Made by a program: the position numbers and the translations under genes
Shown here: positions 1 through 11,438 of the stretch, piece after piece
How positions within the stretch are numbered: the stretch's first letter is position 1
How the letters are laid out: each line of letters starts with the position of its first letter
NCBI GenBank assembly: GCA_020536535.1
Contig: JAHLWZ010000602.1
Span: 53,998 to 117,997 of the forward strand
Reading direction: 5' to 3'
Origin: Pelomyxa schiedti
Taxonomy: Eukaryota; Protista; Evosea
Length of the DNA: 64,000 nt
The notes under the pieces: model-generated
The model's input: only the letters and a program-made list of their open reading frames with translations
Database searches by the model: none
What the model was told of the DNA's origin: nothing

Positions 1-8
1 TGGCTGTA

Positions 9-1394
9 ATGGCCGGCACCATGTGGGTTAAATACAAATGCGTCGATGATGATTTCAAAAGGAGTGTTGCACAAAGCATGCTTGACTCCCTCTGTGACCC
101 AAAAAGGGTGGAGGCGCAGAGGTTAGAACTCCAAGCAGGAGCTAAGCACAAGGTGGAGGACTTCATTAGCAAACGCCTGAATGATGTTCGAATACTGTCT
201 GCACAGCGACAAAGAATGAAAAATTATCGTTCCCAGGAAAGTACTGAGTGGGACACTACATATTGGACAGGAATGCGTAGCGATTTTGGAAAGCTATTTG
301 CTGAGACACTTCACATTCAGGACCTGCTGTTGGAAGACCCACCAGTCTTTCCAAGCCCCTCTGCTTCTTCCTCGCCAACTTCAACATTCTCGCCATGTTA
401 TTCTCCTCTGGAAAGATACAGGAAGGACTCATACCCACTGGAAGCCATTTGGAACAACCAAACTGTTTCTGTGAAGGTTGTTGATGTTTCAGAGGGCAGC
501 AAAGACAATCCGGGGAAGTTCTTCGAGGATCTATATCACTGGCATAGAATGGCGCAGTGCTCGCCACATGTGCTGCCGCTGCATATGGTATTCAAGCAGA
601 CGGTATTCCGATGCAACACCCCTCTCTCGGAGAGTAGAGATATGAGGGGAGGAGGGAAGGAGCATACGAGCCAACAATCCGAGGTCTGGTGTGTGGTGTA
701 CCCACAGTTCACATGCACACTCAATGACTTCTTGGAGAGGCACATATCCTCCATGCAGCTGATCGACGCACTGGAGATAGCCAAGACAATCATCACCGCG
801 ATCAGAGACATCCACGAATTCGGGACTGTACACGGAAACCTCAGGCTGGAAGCCGTGGTGGTAAATGCACAAGGCAGCAAAGTGACCGGCGTTGCAGTCG
901 CCGGGTTCAGGACAAAAGCAGGAAGCAGCAATAACTCCACTGATAACCCCAATGACAATGGCGGTCGCAGCAGCAGCAGCAGCACCCGCGATGACGAGAA
1001 CAACACCTCATTCAGTTCCGCGAACCTGCTTTCTCGCGCAATGGACGACAGTTCCGCCGACCGGCTTTTCCACTCCCCGAAAGAACACGTCGACATACTC
1101 TCGTTTGGTAAGATTCTATCCGAGCTTACTCCCAAACCAAAGCTTCTGCGCTGTCACATGATCGGCGGCGATGAGACCACCGCCTGCACAGCGAGAGGTG
1201 GTTCTTCTGTTGTCACTGATGCTACTCTGCATTTGGTCACGGCGCGTGGCACTCCCCCTCAGGTGGTAAAGTTGATTAGCAGGTGTGTGAGCACAGAAGC
1301 CAGTCTTCGCCCTACGGCCCAGAAAGTAGTTAAGCGCCTTACCAACATTTGTGCATCCCCCATTGAGATGCTGGCACTGTTGGAAGAAGATTGA
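9..1394 (+). CDS. Protein kinase-like protein, probably a pseudokinase (5' end may lie outside the window)
   Basis: 461-aa ORF with kinase-fold landmarks: VSVK, HGNL in place of HRDL, AGF in place of DFG, DILSFG, and LISRCVSTEASLRPTA. Confidence 0.7.
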   Translation: MAGTMWVKYKCVDDDFKRSVAQSMLDSLCDPKRVEAQRLELQAGAKHKVEDFISKRLNDVRILSAQRQRMKNYRSQESTEWDTTYWTGMRSDFGKLFAETLHIQDLLLEDPPVFPSPSASSSPTSTFSPCYSPLERYRKDSYPLEAIWNNQTVSVKVVDVSEGSKDNPGKFFEDLYHWHRMAQCSPHVLPLHMVFKQTVFRCNTPLSESRDMRGGGKEHTSQQSEVWCVVYPQFTCTLNDFLERHISSMQLIDALEIAKTIITAIRDIHEFGTVHGNLRLEAVVVNAQGSKVTGVAVAGFRTKAGSSNNSTDNPNDNGGRSSSSSTRDDENNTSFSSANLLSRAMDDSSADRLFHSPKEHVDILSFGKILSELTPKPKLLRCHMIGGDETTACTARGGSSVVTDATLHLVTARGTPPQVVKLISRCVSTEASLRPTAQKVVKRLTNICASPIEMLALLEED

Positions 1395-1493
1395 TTGTCG
1401 GTTACTGTGGGGTGAGGGTTTTCAAAAAAAACTTTCTTGTTCTTGTTTTCCTTCAAATTCCCAGAAGAACGAACTTTGGGTTAGAATCATCCG

Positions 1494-3827
1494 ATGGACC
1501 CGTCAACGTCCCAGAATTCCCACGCGTTGCCAGTGTCATCGTGCGATCAGCAGTGCGCTCGCAGTGAGCACGTGCTGTCGGTGTCGCGGCTCGTCTGGGA
1601 CTGCGTCGTGGTGCCCGGCTGGCTCGGCTCCGCCCCCAGCACCAAATACGAGGAACACGTGGACAGCCTCTACGGCGACGCGTCCTGGAAGAGGCACCTG
1701 CTGCGGCTGCTGCGCCTCGGCGAGGCCCTGTTCCCGCTAGCGGGGCTGTGCTGCCGCCGCGCCGCCGAGGACTGCCGCCGCGTCTGCGTTTCTCGTTACG
1801 CCCTCGTTGCCTTGGCAGCCGTGGCCCCGGCTCCTTCCTGCCTCGCCTGGGTCGTTAGGCACAACAGGAGCGGCGGAAGCGGAGGGAGCGACCGCGCGGG
1901 GGAGCATTATGGGAGGGAGTGGCGCTGGCAAGTGACGGTGAAGGAGGTGGCGTGGGTGATGTGGGGCCTCTGCTCTTCTGGGAACGAGAAGGCCCTGAGT
2001 CGCATGTTTGGTAACGAACACGGCGGCACAGAAGGAACTTTCCCGGCATTATGGGACGGGCGCCGCATCCCGGAATGGGACGATGACATTTCTACTTCTA
2101 GCTCTGCAAGAAGCAAGGCTGTGCTATTGGACCAGGTTTGTGATTACGTGAAGCCTGTATTGGATCAGGCCTGCATGTCTGGGGATTTAAACACTGTGAA
2201 GTGGATCCTGGCTTCTTCGACGTTTGGAATTTCAAGGGACGAAGCACCTTGGAGGCTTCTTGGGCCTGTAAAGTTGGCTTTGACAAGAGGCCACACGGCT
2301 TTGGTGAAGTGGCTCTTTGATGAATATGAGCTTCTTGAAACCTATGAAACTCATTCAGAAGTACTACATGAACTGGCGACGTTATGTGCAGCCGGAGAGA
2401 ACCCAGACTGTGTCAAGTGGGCAATCTTGGACTGGGTACTTCTAGACCCCTCGATTGATATCCTTTCAACAGTGTTGGTGAACGAGCATGCTTCCTTGGA
2501 ACTGTGCCAATGGGTGCAAGAGAAATGGGCAGTAGGTCAGATCGTCAGTTCCTACACAATAGAATGCATCTCGAACCCTGAAATTGCAAAGTGGGCTCTG
2601 ATAACGCTGACTTGTGAATTTACCCACGTGGACTTGAGTGTGATGTGCGCAAGTGTTGGTTTGTCGTCATTTGCAGAATGGCTAATAGCTGAGAGGCAAT
2701 TCGTACCAACCCCATCAACGTTTTTTATGGCGGGCTCTTGCAGAAGTGTAAAAGTTGAATTTCTACAGTGGCTTTCAACCAATGTTGCTCTGTCCCTCAA
2801 AGACCTTATCCACACCCTAATTAACGCTTTGCTTTTGGGGAACACCATAGTTGCAGCTTGGTTGGATCAGAGGTTCCAGGTAATGGGTTCTTGTATCACC
2901 TCGTCACTAGACCCTTCTAAGAGTGTTGCATGTACCTGTCTAGATGAATTATGTTCTACAACCAACACGGAGGGACTGCAGTGGTTCCTCACCAATCTTA
3001 CACCAAAGGCACGATCAACGATCAGTTCGGATTGTGTATGCAAGGCAATTAACACCTCAATTAGTACATGGAATTACCCTGTTACAGAGATGCTACTGAA
3101 AGCCTTCCCACACTTTGTTCCTCAGACTTCAGTTCTAGAAAAGATTTTCATCGCTTTCATGAAATATGGTTTTTCCAAGCTGAAGTGGCTTGTTTCGTTC
3201 ATTGATTACTCATCACTGTTGGCAATACAAGGCTTTGTGGCAAACTGCCTGTGCACCAAGAAATTCTTTCCATATTCAACCAAGGTTGTCAAGTGGATCA
3301 TCACACAGTTCCACGTTGGGCGTTCTAGTATCATGGTTTCTCACGGTCGCCTCCTTTTCCGCATGCTTCATCTACACAAAATGGCTGGTGCCAAGTGGCT
3401 CATAGACACCTTCAAAATCTCATTTGCAGAGGTGGCCTAACTGTTATTCACTATTACTAAAAAATACCAGGTTATGAATATGTTTGACCACATGCTTCCA
3501 TCTGCAGACTACTTCGATATCAACGTGGCAACCTGGAGGATGCTGCTGAACAAGTTCCCAGAAATCGACCTTCATACCATCAACAACCACATGATGCCCA
3601 TTGTGGCCAGGTCACCATTCATAGCAACATTCACAATCAAAAGGTTTTGTAGGGACAGCACTGAGATTACTACTCTGCTTGATGCAGTTCGCCAGTACCA
3701 TACCGACAAACCAGAACCATCACCGACGTGTGAAGTGTTTCTATGGTTGGGAATGCAATTGCGGATCGACATTTCTTCAAACACAACCACGGTACTGTTT
3801 TTTGGCTCAAAACGTGGAACCACATAA
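1494..3827 (+). CDS. Lineage-expanded ankyrin-like helical repeat protein (2 exons)
   Basis: ORFs 1494-3440 and 3474-3827 are in the same frame and are joined by a 39-nt GT-AG intron (3432-3470) that contains the stop. Degenerate ankyrin-like units are present (ACMSGDLNTVKW, ALTRGHTALVKW, ALLLGNTIVAAW). Confidence 0.65.
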
Positions 3828-4012
3828 AGTGGAGCCTTTGAGGTTGTTGAAGCTCTTTGCCTTCCAAATTAGCCTCTGCAAGTGAAACGGGAACCCTTGT
3901 GTTCGATTGGCGGAATGAAATAATCAACAGACCGGAACGCTGTCAATTTCTTCAAAAACTGGCAATCATTCTCGGTTACCAGAACAACAACAGTTTGAAG
4001 AGATTACTTTTG

Positions 4013-5298
4013 ATGGCTGACAATAGTGTGTTTCCACCTTGTTGCCAACCCAAAGAATTATATTTATTTATTATTAATTCAAGGCGGGCTGCACCCACGA
4101 AGCCAGTTACTGCTCCAGGCTCTTTTCATGTTGGAGGAGGGAAGTCTTGACAGTGCAATTCGCCTTGTTTCGGATGCTTTCAAGCATTTTGAGAGCTGTC
4201 GCCTAACCAGTACCTTTGGCCGTAAAACACAGTGTTTTCAATTTACGATTAAAAAAAGGTCCTGATGACGATGTGGATGAAGATGATATGCTGGAATTGT
4301 GTTACCTTCCTGGCTTACTATTTCTTTTTGGTCTGGGTTGTGTCATCAAAGATCACACCGCCCTACATCAACGCCTTCCTTCAACCCTTAAAGTTGCATT
4401 TTCTCGTGCTGTTTCCTGCTCTGGTTCGCTAATGGGAGACCTGTGCAAGGCTGTGATGTTGTCAGCCAAAAGCTTGGTGGAATCTCCCAGAAATGATGAA
4501 AAAGTGCCACCAGTGACTTCCCTCTCTGAAGAGTGGGATGCCCTTTTTGAAGAAGTATCACGTTCCATTCAGGAAGGTGATCACAATATACAACAAAGTT
4601 CATGGGCACGTATGTATTATGTCGCGCTGTGGACAACTTTCTGCTTAGAGAGCAGTGAATGCGAGCGCCACTGGACTACGTTGTCAAGAATGGATGTTCT
4701 ACGGAATTCAACGACCGCCCTTCAGCAGACTGAATGCAGCGAAAACAACTGTGATCAGAGTACAGTGAAAACACCGGAGGAACCAGTAACCCTCTTGCCT
4801 TCTTCCTCTCTGTCATTCCTCGGTTTATGCTACAGATATGGTCTTGGAGGCTTGGACAAGGACCCAAATAAGGCGGTGTCACTATTCCACAGTGCTGCCG
4901 AAGATTCTGGCAATCCCCACGCAACAAATCACCTTGGAATGTGTTACAAAACCGGCGATGGTGTTGACAAGGATGTAAACAAGGCCGTAACACTTTTCAT
5001 GCAGGCTGCTGATTCCGGCAATGTCCCAGCAATGAATAACCTCGGGGTGTGCTACTTCCACACTGGAGAGGGTGTTGAGCAGGACAAGAAAAAGGGCTGG
5101 TCACTTTTCTACAGGGCTGCTGATGCTGGGGATTCCGGGGCAATGCTGAACCTGGCCTTGTTGTATCAGAAGGTGCACAGTGACCCCAGAGAGTCACTTT
5201 TGTTCTTCAGATGGGCCTCTGACAATGGGTCAAGGCTTGCCCGTTTCCAGCTAGAAAGGCTTCTGGATGACCCTCTTTATTGGAAATCCTTGGCTTGA
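4013..5298 (+). CDS. SEL1-like repeat protein
   Basis: Tandem SEL1 repeats (LGLCYRYGLGGLDKDPNKAVSLFHSAA; LGMCYKTGDGVDKDVNKAVTLFMQAA; LGVCYFHTGEGVEQDKKKG). Two short 5' exons are predicted. Confidence 0.85.
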
Positions 5299-5350
5299 GG
5301 TAAACAATAAGAAAAGCAAGAAAACGAAGCTAGTCTCAAAATTTAAAACC

Positions 5351-6360
5351 ATGGCGTCCAAACCCGCGCACGACTCGACTCGTCGCACTTCTGCTGCAAC
5401 GCCCCGCAGTTTGCCCGAGGCACACCAGGCAGATTGTGGGTTCTTCTGTCGAGTGTGCAATTTGGTGGTCGGCGGATGTGGCGGTGCTTGTTGCTCCACA
5501 AATGTCCCTGCGGAGTCGACAAGCAATGCACGTGGCCCACACACCCATAATGGCGACCACCGCTCAACTACAGCCACCACGTCGTCTTCGTCAACAACAA
5601 CAACCGCATGTGATTGTGATAGAGACACTGCCAATGATGTAAATAATTGTACAGAGGACGAGCACGAGCGGTCGGCGGTGCATATGTTTTGCAAGATCTA
5701 CAAGGAAAAACACACGCCGCATCACTTTTATGCTATCACTGAGGCTAACAAGGGTATTAATTACGCTCTCACCGGCGGAGACATATGTTAAAAAGAAATA
5801 ATGCTACTAGTATGTTACACCAAGTAGAAACACATAACAACATTTCCTGCAAAGAAAAAAACTACATACTCAAGTACTACTTACTCACAAACAAATAAAC
5901 AAACCAATAACAAAGAAATCCCAGACATTGTGGTGACACTTTAATGTTTCCCCAGGTTACCAAATGATGGTAAATAGCCTTGGGTGGGATGAGGTGTGCA
6001 CCCTTATCTTCTCTTTTTATAATATACCCACTTACAATTTCACAGGAACGTGGGCTGGGAGCGAACTGCCAAGGGCCCCTGGACCCAGTTGCCACCCAAT
6101 TCCGGCATGACAGGGCCGGGCTGGGGTCAGGTCGTCAGCCCCCTGCCCGAGTCACACACAAGGATGTAAATGATACTGTAGACAAGTTGCGTGCACAACA
6201 ACGGCAGAAACGAAGACAAAAGAAGCAGCCCAGGTTGTCCAAGACCCAAAAGCGGGAACAAGTGGTGAGTTAGGGTTTCAAGCCTTCTTTTTTACTCACT
6301 GTGCCCAAGATACTTGAAAGACAAAGTGAACTAGAATTGAGACGATACCTCTATGACTAG
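5351..6360 (+). CDS. G-patch domain protein (GPANK1-like)
   Basis: The spliced product reads TEANKG-YQMMVNSLGWDE-ERGLGANCQGPLDPVATQFRHDRAGLG, a G-patch motif. It is preceded by CxxC and His residues. Confidence 0.75.
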
Positions 6361-6458
6361 ATGTTTCACTTTAATGTAGGTAAGTGTTGGGAATGGGGAA
6401 AATTTCTTTTCACACAGATTTTTTTCAAAAAGATTTGGAAAGAAGGGTGGATACTCGG

Positions 6459-8319
6459 CTACGTCGTTTTTGCTAGGTCACGCCAAGCTCTGTCCAACAC
6501 AATGAAGAAGTCCTCAAACCAATCAATCCTACAAATAATGTTAGAAAATATGCTTTCCCTGGCTGCTTTTTTTTTAGAAGTAGAATCGTACAAATAGTTC
6601 TTGAAATTGAAGAGCTGGTGCACACAACCATCAAGTGTGAAGAGTAGCAAGGTATTTCCACCAGTTGCAGTGACCTGGAACGTGGTTGGTGCAGTGGGTG
6701 ATGCCCTTGCTGTTGTTGCTCTCCTAAGGGAAACAATACTTCTGAGAGGTATCACAACACGTAATGGAACAATAGTGGGAGTTGGCGCAGCTTTTTGTTG
6801 AATTAAATTAGATATTAGGTACCAAAAATAAAATAGGTAGGGATCATACGTTTTGGCTTAAGAGTCCATGCAAGTATTGAAGAACTGGAACCAGATTCTT
6901 GGGTGCTGACAGGCGGGGGCTTTCCTGTCCCACTGAAGATAAGGAAATTGGTGGTGATTGTCACATATCCCTCAAAGGCATAGGGACCATTCAAAAGAAA
7001 GGAGTGGAAGTCCATGTGAAGAATTTCCTTTGTTGGAAGGCCAAGTTCTCTAAATCTATCATTGCTGCTCTCTTCCACCTAAGAGAAGTTACACCAACAG
7101 AAGTTCTTATAATTAACTACTTTGCTTTGGTATTCCGCAGAAAGTGCTTCAGAACAGCGATCAACAACATTTTTGGCATGGAAAAGGGTATCGTACATTG
7201 TAGCCTGAAGCATGGTTAGTTTGCAACTGAGCCGAATAAGAGGACGGCACCTGTAAACTTCCAAAAAACGAGCCTTGCTTTCTTCTTTGCTCTTGCTGAT
7301 CTTGGAAAGCTTTACCACGCTCGGCATTCATCTGTACCCTATACTGCTTGAGTTTTTCACGGTACTCTTTTGGTGTCTCTTCAGGGATTGGAGCAAGAGG
7401 AAGAGGTGCATTCGAGCTGTACTTGCCTAAAATAGCCAAAAAAAAGTTAGGTCCATCCATTCAATCACTCAAACCCCCTAACCCAGAGCACCACCATCAA
7501 AAAATTTTGATCAAGCATAACAAAGGAGGGGGAGGCAGAAAAAAAAGACTCACCAGGAACGTACGGCCCAAGGAAAAGTGATTGCACCACCTTTGTTTCG
7601 TACTGCTGCTGCTCCAGCGTGTCCAAATGAGCGAAAGACAAGTAATTTGGCTGCGTGACTATCACGGGCTTCTTGGCAGGGCCCCCCGGCGCCGTCCCGT
7701 CCACCGCCGACGCCGTAATCGGCGAGATTCCCGACTCTGAAGCAGCCGCGGCCGAAGCAGAAACGGGCACAACGCCCCCATCGGAGTTGGCACTGGAGCT
7801 GCTACTTGTAGTAGTCGTCGTCGTGGTGGTCGTTGTAGTAGTAGTAGTCGTGGTCGACGAAGAAGCCGCCGAGGCAGAGGTTATTGGAGTGGTTGCCGCC
7901 GCCGCCGCCGTAGTCATTATGGGTGCCGCAGTGGAAACAGCCGCGGCCTCGTCTTGCGCGTCGTCGGCCGCGGCGTCGGCGGCCGATGCGGCACACCGCG
8001 ACGAAGACGACGCCGACGAATCGATGTACTCGTCTGCTGCGGCACCGGTACTGAGACCAGACACAATGGTAGTAGAAGTCGTTGTTGTTGTGGGAGTGGA
8101 TGGGGTGTCGGGGTCGACGGGCGGCATGTAGCTGCTGTTGTTGATGGGGCACAGTGGCATGGTCAGGGACGTGACTTGGGCCTCAGGCTCAGCAGCTGCT
8201 TCTGCTGATGTCGCGGTAGTCGTCGGTTGGTTGCCGTCGGCAGCGGCTGTGTTGTGTTCGACGAGGGGCGTCGTGGCTGGGGCGTCCACGGGCTGTTCCG
8301 GCTCTGAAGCGTCCATCAT
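6459..8319 (-). CDS. GRAM/PH-like domain protein with an Ala/Thr/Ser low-complexity N-terminus
   Basis: Spliced ORFs give FRELGLPTKEILHMDFHSFLLNGPYAFEGYVTITTNFLIF...VIPLRSIVSL, which fits the GRAM pattern. Confidence 0.6.
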
Positions 8320-8471
8320 TTTTGTTCTCTCTTTTTTTTTTCGCGTTGTTCTTTTGGGTTTTCGAATGAACCGTTGTTGCCCGGTGATTGCCTAGGTTTG
8401 ATTGCGAAAAAGAGTGCGGTGTAGATCCATGATGGGAGACTCACCCATCATTCCAAAACTTTCTGTTTCTT

Positions 8472-9745
8472 TCAGGAAGAGGAGGCGAAAAACGTGGTGG
8501 CGTTGATGTGCCCTCGGTGTAGACAAAACCTCACAAAATTTCTGATGAGTAAAGGGGTTGAAACCTGGAAAGGGGAGGAGAAGGATCTCGTAAGTCCAAG
8601 AAAGAGAAGCCAGTGGGGTTGCCCAACCTTGGACTTGTTCACTGGGCTTGTGCCTTGTTTCATAATGGAAACAATTGTATCTGCAAGCCAAATTCCGGTG
8701 CGGTCTGGCGTGTCACATATCACATTCAGAAAGAGTGATGTCAGCCATCTGCTGAGCTTTTTTTTGATGCCGGTACTTGCACTGCTGGAAAAATTGGGAC
8801 CAAAATGTTCGCGTATGGAGGAGGCCACATTGGGTGTGAGTACCATTCCGGGATTTATGGTACATATTCCCGGCACAGTTTGCAAAGGCCTCTTGCACCT
8901 CAAATCATTAAGATGAAGCACCAAAGAATCCGTGAAGAATCGTAGTCCTCGCTTGCAGCTGCCATATAGCAATCCATGTCCCAGGCGGGGTGGCTCGGTA
9001 GTGCCATAGCCCTATAAAAGATTACATTCACTGATCTATAGAAGTACGCATTCCCAGTGACTCACTTCCATAACAAAAACCCAAGGAGATACATCAGCCT
9101 TGCAATCAGTGGAAATGAAATGATGCAGTGCTGTGAGTGAACATAGCATGGGGCCGGTGATCGTACTGCCTGTAATCACTGGTACTTCCTTAATTCTATC
9201 CCAGGGCGGAACACGTTGGTTATCGGCCACAGCGGCATTACAAAACCTACGAAACATTTAATAAGCCGCTAAAGAGCCACTTACAACATACATGACATCA
9301 ACACCACCCATTTTCTTTGCTGCATAATCCCACAGATTATCCACAGATTCCTTAATGGAAACATCGCAAGCTGTTCCAAATAACCCGACTCCCCTTTCTG
9401 TTGCCGCCTTCAGAGCTTTTTCCACCCCACTCTCAGTTCTAAAAATCCAAGAGTTTGTGCCATGTATTAGAAGAAGGAATCCACAAGTAAAACACAGCAC
9501 ACAACCAAACAAAGCACAAAACCAAACCTCCCACATATAGTAACCAAGCAGCGATGTTTCCAAGCCAAAACTACAGCCAGCTCAAATCCGATTCCCCTCG
9601 TGCCACCAGTCACCAACACCCTCAGAGGTCTCGTCCCACAATGTGGTTTCACACGCCACCGAGTCCTCCGTGCCTCTCTGAACAGTGCACCAATCAACTT
9701 GCACGCGAGAAAGCCCAAGAACAAGAACCACACCCAACACGGCAT
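8472..9745 (-). CDS. Short-chain dehydrogenase/reductase, chlorophyll b reductase (NOL/NYC1)-like, with an N-terminal hydrophobic anchor
   Basis: SDR motifs TGGTRGIG, CDVS, NAA, catalytic YGSCK and INPGMVLT are present. The C-terminal FLNVICDTPDRTGIWL resembles the NOL family. Confidence 0.85.
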
Positions 9746-9887
9746 GCCTCTTGATTTTCGACTCGCAGCGAAAATTTATTTGGGTGATAAATAATCAACA
9801 GTTCGATGGGGAGAAAGGAATTAAGGAAGGTAACCTTCTTCATATTACACTACAAATCACTGAGTGTTTTGTTGGGAAGAAATGTAA

Positions 9888-11194
9888 TCAGTGATTACTC
9901 TCTGTATCAGAGGTGATAAACGAGAAGGAGTTTTGTCTCGTGATGGAGGATCCTTGGCAATCCCAGAAGTCCCTCACAAAGCTGCGGCACCCATCATATA
10001 TCCTGTTTGTGCAAGATTCCCAGTGTACGTTGCTCTCTGCTTCCTCATGGTCAACAACGACATACTTGTATTCGACTTGTTTCCCCTTGAGTGGCAACCT
10101 GGCCTTCCACATCCCTCCCTCAGTCCAGTGCATTTTGTTCCCTTCTGTTGCCTTCCACGTTCCAAGTGCATCACTGCTTCCAACGATATGCAAGTCCTGC
10201 CCATACCTTGTCACATAGTGAACGCTGAACTCAACTAGTTTTTCCTCTTCCGCCCTTGTTGAAGTACTGATACTTGCACTTGTTGTCGTCTCTGACGCTG
10301 CCTTAGATGCAAGCCTTCCGGCAATTGCCTTTGCCGAAGATGCAACAGCAGCTTCCGCAGCTCGTTGGCATGCTAAAGTCTTCCCGAAGGCAATAAGCTG
10401 CTGCTTGAAGCCAGAGTTTGGGGATACAATGGGCCTTACGTGCTTGAGGTACCTAAGGGCAGCCCAGAAGCTCATGCCTTTTCGTTGCATTAAGTAGGCA
10501 ATCACTATAGTCGGGCTCCTGCTCATGCCCCACACGCAATGCACAAGAACGCTACCGCGCTGAAGTGCCTGATCGATAAAATCTATCGCACGGTGGAAGT
10601 AACACGTTATGTCGGCTCCCACTTCGTCAGGAAGCCTACGGAACAGTGAGCGGCGATTTAATATTGATGGAAAAGAACGTACGTCATGGCATCCAAGACA
10701 ACCCCACTGGGAAAAGCCCTCACATGCGCCTCCATGTTCGTAATGACAGCAACAGATAAAACATGTGTAATGTTGAATCGCGAAAGAGTCTAGTGTCAAA
10801 TCATTAATCAAACTCAAACACATAGTACAAGCTATTAACAGGAAAACAAAAGCCCAACCTGTCTGTCGTAAGCGTTAATCTGATCACCCAAGTAGAGACC
10901 GGGAATCACCAAGTCAGGGTTCTCTCTATGCTTTGGCACGTACTGTGCCTTCTGCACGTCGAAGTAGAAATGCCTGTTAAACTCCTCGAATGACATCTGG
11001 TCCTCCTGGCCCTCGTTTTCGTTGTCAGTGTCGCTATCGTGGTCATTCTCGTGGCCCTTGTTCACACACTTGGTGACGCCGTTTCCGCGGCTGCTGTCGC
11101 TGTGGTCATCGGTTGTCCTTCCGGTAGCATGGGCGGCATCACCAGTAGATCCAAGATTACTTTTGTTATTATAGGTCGTGCCCAGCGTCGGCAT
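9888..11194 (-). CDS. Dual-specificity phosphatase with a C-terminal CBM20 starch/glycogen-binding module
   Basis: DSP motifs: PDLVIPGLYLGD, VLVHCVWGMSRS, AYLM, VRPIVSPNSGFKQQL. CBM20 follows: FSVHYVTRYGQDLHIVGSSDALGTW...MHWTEGGMW...VEYKYVV...WESCTNR. Confidence 0.9.
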
Positions 11195-11438
11195 TGACAC
11201 ACTAGCAGGGGTTTTGTGTTGGGGGGTTTTTTTTTGTTTTCTGTTTTTTGGGAATGGAAGAAGTTTGGGGATATCCATCAGGCATTAGTGGCGGTTTTCT
11301 TTTTCTTTTTTTTATTTTTTGATTTGTAGTAGCCTTAAAGAGAAGCTGAACTTCAACAAAGAATTTGGTTGAATAGAAGCTGCCCGGGAAAGGGTGGGTC
11401 CTTCCTATTAATCTAATCTATCGGTGATATCAGGTACA

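Noticed and set aside
3438-3440. In-frame TAA suggesting read-through, an alternative genetic code or a pseudogene
   Set aside because: The stop lies within a 39-nt GT-AG intron (3432-3470).
7800-7920. Trinucleotide-like repeats
   Set aside because: They simply encode the poly-Thr and poly-Ala tracts of the GRAM gene.
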